Part shown: positions 35,978 to 48,200 of the stretch, in pieces | Layout of the letters: every line of letters begins with the position of its first letter | Numbering within the stretch: position 1 is the first letter of the stretch | Source of the DNA: Cetorhinus maximus | Taxonomy: Eukaryota | Assembly: GCF_964194155.1 (NCBI RefSeq) | Contig: NC_135903.1 | Coordinates: 31,868,001-31,932,000 of the forward strand | Length of the DNA: 64,000 bases | Direction of reading: 5' to 3' | Position numbers and translations under genes: made by a program | The notes under the pieces: generated by a model | Told to the model about the DNA's origin: nothing | Databases searched by the model: none | Seen by the model: the letters and a program-made list of their open reading frames with translations, nothing else

Positions 35978-37293
35978 TCTCTGCACTTTCAGAAGTTGCT
36001 GCAGGTTTTCTTGGCTTGCGGTTTGGTTTCTGATTTTGCTTGTGGGGATTCAGGGTTTATATAGGAGATGAGAATGTTTTGCCATTTTGTTATCAATTTC
36101 ATTAACAGCCAATAATCACAAAACTTTGAGCAAACCTAGGCAAACAATGTCAATGGCCTTTTTGGCAACAACACCTGCGTCATTGGTCTGACTTGAATGA
36201 AAATCCTAACGCAGGCAGGGATTCACAAGGCCAACCCTTGTGACAATATTGGAGCTCGACAAACCTCTAAAATTCATCATGAAAATGCGACAATCTCCGC
36301 TGCTTACATCATTCCTAAACTAAATAGAAGGGGCCGCACGTAGCAATAGGAAATTTGCTGACAATACTAAGTTATGCAGCCAGATGACTAGCGTAAGAGA
36401 GATTTGTATCATGCAAAAGGTTCTGCAGAAATTAAATGCACAAGATACACAATGACCAAGGAATTCTGATGTGAATAATGCTTATTAAAATAGAAAATAT
36501 GAATTATTGGAAATGGGTAACAGGTTTTGGTATTAGAAGTAACTAATCAGTGTTGAATAATGGAGATTGTAAGGCTGACTGAAATGTTGTTTGGTTGCCT
36601 TCAGTCGATAGAAATTTTTCAAAGTCTTGTCTTCTTGATGTCTTACCTGTGCTTCATTACTTCCATGAGGAGTTTCAATGTAATTCACATTAGTTTCTTG
36701 CTTAATGGGCAAAATGGCCTGTCCTTATGCAATGGATTCTTATGAAGACACAAAGACTCGTGGCCACGACTGAAGAATGAGAAACCAACTTTCTCCTCCC
36801 CTAGAGTGTCTATTTAAAATAATATTGGCACACCTGAATATTGGATACTTGCTGTACCACAAACCAAATTGGCTGGGAGTGGTGACCTGTTTTCTATACC
36901 CAACTTCCAAGCTCTTTTCTCAGCATAGTATCTTTCAAAATAATCAAAGTTTGAGGTTTCATTGCATGTTTTCTGATGTTTCTCTGAAATAAGCATTTTT
37001 GTCAGACATCTCAGGAGCAAATTCAGAGAATGTTCTCCAAGACCTGTGTGAAAACTAAAGCAATAAGCAGTTTCAAAATGCTTTCTATTACATTGTTGAT
37101 AGTTAAGTCACATACAGTTTTTTTTTCTAATCCGGCAATAGTAGAGCAATAGTATAATAGTCACCACCAAAAGTGACTTAGAGGTCACCAATCTGAACAG
37201 TGACAATTGAAAGGACATAGGCATAAGGTAAACCTTCCAAAGGCTTCTCAAAGGCACTTCATCACTAGCATCTATTTTGCTCTGAGCTGAAAT

Positions 37294-37465
37294 AGTGTTT
37301 TTCTACTTTTGTTATCATTTCCACTGTCAGTCAATGATTACCACTTGAGCAATCCCAGTGAAAAACAGAGTCAATGTCCTTTCTACCAACAAGACCTGCG
37401 TCATTGCAACAACTAGGATTGAAGTCCTACGTATACCCTGATTCACAAGGACAGATCTCATGAAA
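37294..37465 (-). promoter_or_regulatory. Diverged duplicate of the g6pc proximal promoter (no TATA or exon downstream)
   Basis: Collinear with 36073-36246: TTTTGTTATCA, TTGAGCAA, GTCAATG, CAACAA-ACCTGCGTCATTG and GATTCACAAGG are shared in order and spacing. Confidence 0.7.
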
Positions 37466-38319
37466 GTCACCTGAATTGTCTACAGAAAACAAATTGAATT
37501 TTGAAGAGTTTTTTTAGGTATTAGTCAAATTTCAATTCAGCAACCAATTTATGAAATTATTTGAAATCTAATTGATTCTCTCACTATAATCTTCTCTGAT
37601 TTACCACACATTGTTTCCAATAAGGAACACATAGGAAACATCTAATGTATCAATGATAAACAACCAAGTGTTTATCAATGACATTGAAGTTTCCATGGAA
37701 TCAATGGAAAACACACTACTGACAGATCGTGGGAAGTCTTGAATGTTGGTGAACAAGAGGTTATGGGGAAAGACCATGTATTTTGCTTAGTATCACACAA
37801 TTTTGTTTGGCTTATATATTTCTTTACAGATTAAGTCCAACATAATGTAACACAAACAGGGAGAATTCACTGGAATCTCAGTTAAACACAGTTCTTTTAT
37901 CTGCATTCTTGTTGATGCACAGGAGCCTTTGAGAGTGTTGAAACACTGTTGTACAATTGTTCAGTTTTAAGTACATTTTCCTCAGACTTCTGATTCCTGA
38001 TCAGTAGGATCAATCATTTTCATGCCCATATATTCACCTCCATATTTAGGTTAATCACCAGGAGATTAATGAGAATCAGTGTTTTGGGGTCAAGAGGCGA
38101 GTTAGAATCAGCATTTTTAAAAATAGTTTACCTCCGTTAAATAGAAAAATTATATATTTTAGCAACAAGTAGTGGGAACTTGGTCAGATAACCAAAATTG
38201 ATCAACCAGAAACTAAAAGCTCAACCATCAGACTAATTAGAGAAACTTTCAATTATTTGCCAATTTCCATTATTCAAGATGTGTGTGGGCCTCCATTGTG
38301 GTAGATAGCTGAACTATGA

Positions 38320-39060
38320 TCATAAAAACATAAGAAATAGGGGCACAAGTAGATCATACTGCCATTTGAGACTGCTCTGCCATTCAGTACAATCATGGCT
38401 GATATTTTGCTTCAACTCCACTTTTTCATCCACTCTCCATATCTCTTGATTCCCTCTGAGATCAAAAGTTTATCTATTTCAGCCTTAAATATATGCAACG
38501 ATGGAGCATCCATAATCCTCTGGGATAAAGAATTCTAAAGATTTACTAACCTTCGAATGAAGAAACTTCTCCTCCTCTCAGACATAAATGATCAGTCCAT
38601 TACCCCTAGACTGTTCCCCCTGTTCTAATTTCCCAGTCAGGGAAACCAACCCTGTCAAGACCCTTCAGACTCTTGTATGTTTCAATGAGATCTCCTCTTA
38701 TTCCTCTAAATTCCAGAGACTATAGGCCCAATTTGCTCAGCCCCTCATCATAGGCCAACACTCTCATCTGAGGAACCAATCGAGTGAACCTTCACTCACA
38801 CTTCTAAAAAAAATTCTACAATACTATTCTTACTAACAAAGTGAATAACCTCAAACTTCTCTACATTATACTCCAACTACCACCTTGTTGCCCACTCACT
38901 TAACCTGTCCATATCTCTTTTCAGCCTTTTTGTGTCCCCCTCACAGCTCGCATTTCCACCCAGCTTTGTATTGTCAACAAACTGGGATCCATTACTCTCG
39001 GTGTTGTCATTTAAGTCATTACTATTGATTGTAAATGGCTGAAGCCGCAGTACTGATTCT
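38320..39060 (-). mobile_element. Old CR1-type LINE fragment
   Basis: cataaaaacataagaaatagg...ccattcagtacaatcatggctgat tail and degenerate RT C-terminus, like 40353-40760. Confidence 0.75.
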
Positions 39061-39369
39061 TCACTCCTTCTATTTGCTTTAATTAGATAGATAGGTCATT
39101 CTTCACAGACTAGGAAGGGTTTCTTTAGGTTCATTTTAAGCCATGCGGACTTCTTGTCCTGAAAGTTTTGAAGTATTTTACAGGATCTGTGCTTGTAACA
39201 TGGTCAGTTCTATAATATGCTTTTTTTTTGTCAGCAATCCAACTTTGTTACAATGAATGAAATCAAAAGATGAGACAGAGTGCTGGTACATTTTTAGTAT
39301 TATTTTAAATGTATCTTCAAGAGAAAATCTTAACTTTAAATGGGTTTTGCAATTTTAGACTTGGATTTT

Positions 39370-39780
39370 CTTTTATCCATTCGCAGGATGTGGACATCAC
39401 TGGCAATGCCAGCAGTTATTGCCCATTCCCAATTGCACTTGGGATGATAGTGGTGAGCTACCTTCTCGCCAACTGTGTGGCTTGCTATGCCATTTCAGGG
39501 GGTAGCTCAGAGACAACCATATTTGCAGTGGGTATGGAATCACATAGAGCCCAGTCCAGGTAAGGAGGCAGAGCTCCTTCCCTAAAGGACATTAGTGAAC
39601 CAGATGGGTTTTAATGATAATAGGTAGTTTAGTAGTCACCATTACAGAGATTAGCTTTTCATTCCAAATTCAGTTAATTAACTGAATATAAATTTCCCAG
39701 CTGCTGTGGTGAGACGTGAACTCGCGTTTCTGGATCATTAATCCAGGCCTCTGGATTACTAGTCCAGTATATAACCACTG
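39370..39780 (-). mobile_element. SINE with a 3' tail shared with the LINE at 6748-7160
   Basis: Degenerate tRNA-like head near 39700-39780. Tail is the reverse complement of ...gggcaataaatgc..gcc...cccacatcc. Confidence 0.55.
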
Positions 39781-40179
39781 TTCCCAGAATGTTCTGAATA
39801 TTCTATAAATTACGCAGAATTGCAATTGTATTCTTAAAAATAAACCATATTCAATAACCTGGACATTAATGAACTGGTGTGGTTCTCTGTAGTCAATTAG
39901 AAGACTTAAAATTAATATATCACTAAATTATGATACAGGCGTATGTCAAATGAGGAGTGGCTGGTTTTTCCACACTTCATGCATTCAAATTTCTGACTCG
40001 GGAATAATATCTGGAAATCGTGAAAGTGCAAGATCAGTCTGGTGAGAAATGATTCCCAGCTAGCACAAGTGTTGGAATAGAACTCCAAATCAGTACTCTT
40101 CTTCTTCTTAGGCTGTCCCTTGAGGTTGAGGATGACTTGCTTCCACACTAAAAACGAGTTCTCAAGGGCAAAACATCTA

Positions 40180-43167
40180 GCTGGTGGGTGAGCATGTGCC
40201 CGAACCCGCCGAGCATAAAATGATGGGCGATGATGTCGGGCGAGCGTCGCGAAGACATTGAACACTCGCACGATATTTCAGTCGGTGTGCGCTGCCAGAG
40301 TCGGCAGTGTGTCCGCTGACAATTAAAGTCTATTAGGGCCATCAAAAAGTTACCATAAGACCATAAGACATAGGAGTAGAAATTAGGCCATTTGGCCCAT
40401 CGAGTCTACTCCGCCATTCAATCATGGCTGATAAGTTTCTCAACTCCATTCTCCCGCCTTCTCCCCGTAACCTTTGATCCCCTTACCAATCAAGAACCTA
40501 TCTATCTCAGTCTTAAATACACTCAATGACCTGGCCTCCACAGCCTTCTGTGGCAATGAATTCCATAGATTCACCACCCTCTGGCTAAAGAAGTTTCTCC
40601 TCATCTCTGTTCTAAAAGATCTTCCCTTTACTCTGAGGCTGTGTCCTTGGGTCTTAGTCTCTCCTACTAATGGAAACATTTTCCCCACGTCCACTCTATC
40701 CAGGCCTTTCAGTATTCTGTAAGTTTCAATCAGATCCCCCCTCATCCTTCTAAACTCCATCGAGTATAGTCCTCAAACGTTCCTCATATGTTAAGCCTTT
40801 CATTCCTGGGATCATTCTCATGAACCTCCTCTGGACCCTCTCCAAGTCAGCACATCCTTCCTGGGGCCCAAAATTGCTCACTATATTCTAAATGTGGTCT
40901 GACCAGAGCCTTATAAAGCCTCAGCAGCACATCCCTGCTTTTATATTCTAGTCCTCTCGAAATAAATGCCAACATTGCATTTGCCTTCCTAACTACCGAC
41001 TCAACCTGCAAGTTAACCTTAAGAGAATCCTAGACTAGGACTCCCAAGTCCCTTTGCACTCCAGATTTCTGAATTCTCTCCCCATTTAGAAAATAGTCTA
41101 TGCCTCTATTCTTCCTACCAAAGTGCATGACCTCACACTCCCCCACGTTGGATTCCATCTGCCACTTCTTTACCCATTCTCTTAACCTGTCCAAATCCTT
41201 CTGGAACCTCCCCACCTCCTCAATACTACCTGTCCCTCCACCTATCTTTGTATCATCTGCAAACTTAGCCAGGATGCCCTCAGTTCCTTCATCTAGATCA
41301 TTAATGTATAAAGTGAAAAGTTGTGGTCCCAACACTGACCCCTGCGGAACTCCACTAGTCACCGGCCGCCATCCTGAGAAGGACCCCCTTATTCCCACTC
41401 TCTGCCTCCTGCCAGACAGCCAATATTCTATCCATGCTAGTACCTTGCCTCTAACACCATGGGCTCTTATCTTACTGAGCAGCCTCCTATGCGGCACCTT
41501 GTCAAAGGCCTTCTGGAAGTCCAAGTAGATAACATCCATTGGCTCTCCTTTGTCTAACCTACTCGTTACCTCCTCAAAGAATTCTAACAGATTTGTCAGG
41601 CATGACCTCCCCTTGATGAAACCGTGCTGACTTTGCCCTATTTTACCATGCAATTCCAAGTATTCTGAAATCTCATCCTTAATAATGGACTCTAAAATCT
41701 TACCAACGACCGAGGTCAAGCTAATCAGCCTGTAATTTCCCGTCTTTTGCCTCACTCCCTTCTTAAACAGGGGGGTTACATTAGCGATTTTCCAGTCCTC
41801 TGGGACCCTCCCTGACTCCAGTGATTCCTGAAAGATTGCCACTAACGCCTCCACTATCTCTTCAGCTATTTCCTTCAGAACTCTGGGGTGTAATCCATCT
41901 GGTCCAGGTGATTTATCCACCTTCAGGCCTTTCAGTTTCCTAGCACCTTCTCCTTGGTAATGGCCACCATACTCACCTCTGCCCCCTGACTCTCTTGAAC
42001 TTTGGGGATGTCACTCGTGTCTTCCACTGTGAAGTCTGACGCAAAGTACTTTCGCCATTTCTTTGTTCCCCACTACTACTTCTCCAGCGTCATTTTCCAG
42101 CGGCCCAATGTCCACTTTTGCCTCTCTCTTACCCTTTATATATCTAAAAAACTCTTGCAATCTTCTTTTATACTACTGGCTAGTTTACCCTCATATTTAA
42201 CCTTCTCCCTCCTTATTTCTTTTTTAGTTGTCCTCTGTTGGTCTTTGTAGGCTTCCCAATCCCCTGGTTTCGCATTGCTCTTCGCCGCATTGTATGCTTT
42301 CTCTTTAGCTTTTATGCTGTCCCTGACTTCCCTTGTCAGCCATGGTTGCCTCGTCCTCCCTTTAGTATGCTTCTTCTTCCTAGGGATGAATTTTTGCTGT
42401 GTCTCCCAAATTACTCCTAGAAACTCCTGCCATTGCTGTTCCACTGTCTTTCCTGCTAGGCTCATCTCCCAGTCAATTCTGGCCAGCTCCTCCCTCATGC
42501 CTCTGTAGTTGCCTTTATTCAACTGTAATACCGTTACATCTGATTTCAGCTTTTTCCTCTCAAATTGCAGGGTAAATTCTATCATATTATGGTCACTTCC
42601 TCCTAAGGGTTCCTTCACCTTAAGCTCCCTTATCAAATCTGCCTCATTACTTAAAACTCATTAATTAAAAGAAATTTTTCGCTGCCTTACGGTTGACAGG
42701 CAGGTGAAAAGACCGAGCGGCCTTTGCACTTTTTTTAGAAGCCTCATCCACGGGCGGGATGAGATTTCCAAAAGCAAACAAAAATAAAATTAAAATTTTA
42801 AAATTGAATTCATAACACGTCCCTGCTCATGTGAGAGTCATATGAGGGGGCCAGGTTTTATAACATTTATAAAGTCTTTACTTTTTTAAAAATCTGTTCG
42901 TCTTCCTGAAGCAGCTTTTGTGCCTCAGGGAGATTTGCAAGCGCTCACTCGCGCACGTGCACGCAGGTCACGCTCGTCCTGCTCGCACTCCACCACACCC
43001 CACCCCACCCCCCCACTACCCCCACCCCCACACAGGCAGCGCTGAGCACTGAAGCTTACGTTTCACCCTGGGGAGCATGAAATCGCGGTCCGGCCCCGAT
43101 CGCGACGGCAGTCGGCATCCTGACCGCCCCCGCTGAGCCCGCCCGACAAGGGCAAGATTCTGCCCCA
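40180..43167 (-). mobile_element. Harbinger-type MITE interrupted by a CR1 LINE
   Basis: 40180-40350 and 42645-43167 are the two halves (reverse orientation) of the family at 43570-44243 and 55136-55827. Ends ...aagattctgccc. Confidence 0.7.
40353..42640 (-). mobile_element. 5'-truncated CR1 LINE with largely intact RT domain
   Basis: ORF 41030-41920 (KSPGPDG, YLDFQKAFDKV, GVPQGSVLGP, FADDTK), ORF 42136-42636 (LGGSDHNMI endonuclease C-terminus), ORF 40440-40760, and (ccataaga)n tail at ~40353. Confidence 0.93.
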
Positions 43168-43569
43168 AGGTGACTGAAGACTCCAATGCGTGACCTCCAC
43201 TCTCTGTCTCAGGTGGGGCAGACGGTGGTAGGGGGGAAATGGGCTGCCCTGGTTGCCACGTGCTCCTTTCGCTATTGACGTAGCCCTTGGCGACGAGACG
43301 ACTAGACTAGAATTTTCTAATGGTGGCAACCCTGTGATGGCATGACGCCGCTCTTTTTACAGGTCGGCCATACAGATAGTATGATATTTTTCTCTCAATG
43401 TTTCAATCGATCATTAGTTGATTCTTCTTCAGTTCCCTGCCCAAGGGAAGGTCCGACCTACAGTGCCACGACCTCTACCACAGGTAGGGCAAGGAGGCAG
43501 GTCCCGAATCCACACCAGCCAGAACAGAGACCGAACCCCTTGCTGTTGGCACCAGTCTGATCCACACCA

Positions 43570-44243
43570 GGGCCTGAATTTTTCCTGCGTCGGGTGGGCT
43601 GGGCGGGAGTGGTCGCAGAGCTGACCGCCGCCCGCGATTGGCTCGGCACCGTGATTTCATGCAGAAGGGCCAATGAAATCCCGCCCTGCGTGGATCGCGA
43701 GTGGTAGCGCTGCCTGTGCGGGCGGAGAGGAGGAGGGAGAGTCAGGCTCTTTCATGCATGCGCGCGAAAAGGGCGCTTCAATCTCCCCGAGGCACGGAAC
43801 TACCTCAGGGAGATTGAAGCGCTTTATGAAGAAATTAAAAACATTAAAAATTTAATGAAACATGTGCCCCCCATGTGACTGTGTCACATGAGATGGGGGC
43901 ATGTTTTTATTTTTCAAAAAAAGTTTTTATTCAATTTGTAAAAGCTTTAGGAAACCTCATCCTGCTCGTGGATGAGGTTTCCTAAAAAAACTTAAAGGCC
44001 GTTTGGCCTTTTCACCATTAGGTTGGATAGGCAGCATAACTTCCAAGTGAATGAGGTTGCTAATGGCCTTAACAGGCCTTTTAATTTTTGGCAGGTGTGC
44101 AGCCGACTCTGGCGCACACCCACCGAACGAAACATCGCGAGACTGCGCGATGATGTCAGGACACATGGCCGATGTCATCGCGTGTCATTTTACATCCTGG
44201 CATGTCGGGCCCTCCCCCGCACACCGAATGTAAAATCCTGGCC
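43570..44243 (+). mobile_element. Harbinger-type non-autonomous element (MITE)
   Basis: Imperfect TIRs GGCCTGAATTTT / AAAATCCTGGCC, three internal hairpins, subterminal sequence similar to 4050-4330. Confidence 0.78.
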
Positions 44244-45269
44244 AAGCTGTTTAGCCAACTAAGCGAACTGGACCCCCCAAGCCTTCTGAGTTGCTATGGC
44301 AACATACACTTTTACATGCATGTTGTAGTCCAGAGCTATGAATAGCAATGGTAGAGGCTCCAATTTTCTTTCTGTCACATGGCTGACCAGGAATCTCTCT
44401 CACTTTTACCACCTGCTTTTGATGTACATTGGAAGGATTTTCAGGTTGATACCCAACCTGTCTGGTTGGATTTTGAACACTCCTTCTTTGGCTATCGAGT
44501 CCATCTCTGGGATTTAAATCTGAGGCTTCTGGCTCAGAGGCAGGCACACTATCCACTGCATCTCAAAACCTAGCTAATACAGAGGGAAACCCTTTAATTT
44601 AGTACAGCGGGGGTCCAGGGCTCTGTTGACGGTGGGGTGGGGATGGAAATAGGGGAAAATGGAAGGAAAAACATTGGGGTACAGTCACATAGCTTTCAAA
44701 ATACAGATTCATAATTAAAAAAAAAAAGATTTGGGAGAAAGTCAATTACTTTGAGTATTGCTCTGTATTCAATCAGGCCAGTCAACAATTTGGTGTGTGC
44801 TTGGCTGAACCATCTTTCAATAACTACTGGAAAACAAACTTGTGGTTAATTTCCTCCTATTGATAATTTTAGAAAGAAAATTGGCAGGTGTTGAAGATGA
44901 GATTGTGGGATGTGTACATTGGAGCGATGGATGATCCTTTCTGGACTTTCAGTCCAGTCTAACCTTTTCCATAAGTTTTCCTGTTGACTGTTCCCTTTCA
45001 CACAGTGAATTTTTCAGTAAAGTTATCAAGAGTAGGGATTTTGTTCCAACCCCTGCCTCCCCGCCCCTCCAACATGGGACTGGCACTAGCAATAAAACAG
45101 GCAATAAATATTAATTATTACAAATAAGGGGGTAGACCTAGTTTTGCACACAATCATTTATCTGGGTACAAATTGCACTTAAAATTGTGCTGTTTTCCAA
45201 AATCACGCTATGGTTCAAGTCTCTGCTCAAACTTATTTGCATAATTATTTGCATATTCACGAACATAGA

Positions 45270-48200
45270 GGGCGGAATTTTCCATTTTTGAAACTAAGTG
45301 CGATGGCGGGCGGGCGTATCCTGCAGCTTGGAATGATGGGAAATCGCGCCTGATTCTGTGCTTGGAAGCTCATTAATTATGTACAGACAAGTATCTCTAC
45401 ATCACCTGGAGGATCAGGAGCTGATCCATCTGCCCCGATGTTACCTGGTGGGATCGGAGGTCAGGGCGCCATATTTAAATGCCACCGAGCACACACATCT
45501 CACTCTCTCCAGCCCACTTGTCTCCAGGACATGCGCAGAGATGTCTTCCACCCAGGAGAAGAAGACTGCAAGCCAAAAGGAGAGGGCAGCACCCACCAGG
45601 CCGCCGAGGCCTTGATCAGAGGAGTGCGGGTGCATAGGGATGTCCTGAATCCCAGGGACAGTTCCAGGAAGCACACCAGCCTCAACTCTCCGGCCTGGAA
45701 GGCCGTCATAAAGGAGGTCAGCGTGGCAGGCAGCTGCACCTGAAACAAAATCCAGTGCAGGAGGGGGATGAATGATCTCATCCTCTCCGCCAGGGTAAGT
45801 CACCCTTCATCCACCTCCAATATCAAATTCTAATCATGGCATCTTGTACACTCTAAGGGCTACTCCCTTCGGGGATCTCACACAACCGTTTAGCATGGGA
45901 CACATCACCACCGATTGACTAATGGAACATTTCACATCGCCACCAATCCATCTATCATGCAGTTCACTCTCCATCCTCAGACCTGGTGAGGAGGGCTCAC
46001 CACACATAGGGGGCATGCATCTTTTCCAACTTATGCTCCATCCCTTCTCATCACTTGCCTATATTTTGTCTTCATCCAAGGCAAGCTTGCTGACAACAGG
46101 TGGGAAAGAGCTCAGACCGGGGCGGGGTGTGGAGTGGGGCGGTGGGGGGGGGAGGGGGCGATGATGGGGCATGCCGGGCATTTCCCTCAGTGTGTTCGAG
46201 GAGGCTGCAGCTGAGGTTGCTGGGGAGGACCAGGATCGTTCCTGTGGGGAAGAGGAGATCAGGTTGTCTCAGCAATCTAGTACAGATCGGTTCGTCACAT
46301 CCTGACAATCACACTGAGTGACATGCAATCTTATACATTTCATGCTCATCAACTAAAGCTCTATTCTCTATCAGACAGGCACCAGCAGGTTGAGGCCCAC
46401 GAGGATGCCCACCATAAAACCCAGCCCCCAGACAACGTCCAAAGAGGAAGTTGAGGAAGAACTGTCACAGCGCTCACGCGCACCCATGACCAGCGCAGAG
46501 GCACACACCTCAGTGGGGTGTAGCTCTAGATTGGTCTCGGACTCACCTACTGGGGAACACCTTACTGACATGTCTTCACAGCAGTCAGAGGCAGGGACAG
46601 GCCAGGTCTCTGGCACTCGGAGGGCTCAGATACTAGCCACCCACTCAGGCCAAGACAGATGATGAGCCTCTGAGCGGCCGCCTACTCAATGCTGGAGATT
46701 CAACAACAGAAGGCGGAACATCAGGCAGCGATCTGGCAGTCACTCAGCAGATTAGAGTGAAGGATAGAGGAGTCCGTCCATGGCCTGTCTGGTGTCGTGG
46801 CTCCGACATGCCAGCACCTCGAGGTCACCATGGGAAAGTTGACAACCACCAATGGAGACCTTGATCCAGCAGGTTTTGCTGGATTTGCACTCGGCCCTGG
46901 ACACCATGGCCACACACCCTGATGGGCACTATCACAATGTAGACAACAGTGGGACAAGGCACCTCAACCTCCATCCAGGTGCACCTTCTCCTCAAGGGCA
47001 GGGCACTTGGGCACCCACAGGGAGGATGACTGTCAGCCGGACAATCCTGGGGCCTCCTCTCAGGACACTCCAAGGGTGTCCAGCCGCTCAGGGACCCCTC
47101 TGCCTGTGACCCCATCCACTCCAGCTGCTCAGACTGAGGAAGGTGCATCTGCTTCTGAGCAAGTGATCCTTATCAGGCCAGGTCCCTTCAGGTTTTGGGC
47201 CATAGAAACACAGAAAAATAGAAACTAGGAGCAGGAGTAGGCCATTCGGCCCTTCGAGCCTGCTCCGCCATTCATTATGATCATGGCTGATCATCCAACT
47301 CAATAGCCTGCTCCCGCTTTCTCCCCATACCCTTTGATCCCTTTTGCCCCAAGAGCTATATCTAACTCCTTCTTGAAAACATACAATGTTTTGGTCTCAA
47401 CTGCTTTCTGTGGTAATGAATTCCACAGGCTCACCATTCTCTGGGCAAAGAAATTTCTCCTCATCTCAGTCCTAAATGGTCTACCCCGTATCCTCAGACT
47501 GTGACCCCTGGTTCTGGACTCCCCCACCATCGGGAACATCCTTCCTGCATCTACCCTGTCTAGTCCTGTTAGAATTTTATAGGCTTCTATGAGATCCACT
47601 AGAGAACATCCACCAAGGTCATCGCAGACATCAGGGTGTAGTAGTCAGCTGGCTATTTCCACCTCTGCTGTGGATGTCGGGGCTGCACCCAGGCATAGTG
47701 GTAGGTTTAGGAAAATTAAGAAATTTTGAAATCACTTTTGGGTCATGGGTGTGATATCACTGTAAAAATATTGCAATTTTGTAAATACATTTGATGTTAT
47801 TGTGAATGGCTGGGTCAACTTAAGGCATTGTGATTATGTACATATGAATCCTCTTATCTTGAGCTTTAGCCATCCTCCCACTCAGTGATGGTCTCCCTCT
47901 GTGAGATTCACATTCATGTGATATCAACCTCGCTGAAGATAGTTTCTGCACCCTTGTGTGATTCAGGGAGATATGTTAAAATCTTTACCAGTAGTGTGTG
48001 ATTTATGCGCTTCTAACCCTTCTCACAGAAAACCATTGTGTGAGGGCAGTACATCAGCCTTGAGTGATTAGTGGCACTTGTGTGTCCTAAGTGATAGTGG
48101 AAAAGGACAAGACATGGACGGAAGGAGGAGATCCCTAACCATGTCCTCAACTCACTTGTCCGCTGTAGTTTCTTAATTATGTGATGAGGGCTGCTTCAAG

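Larger units (their letters stand above)
26183..37255. repeat. Tandem segmental duplication unit 3 (~11.1 kb)
   Basis: Same junction at 26163-26194. Homology ends at ...ggcttctcaaaggc (37255), followed by unique sequence. Confidence 0.92.
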
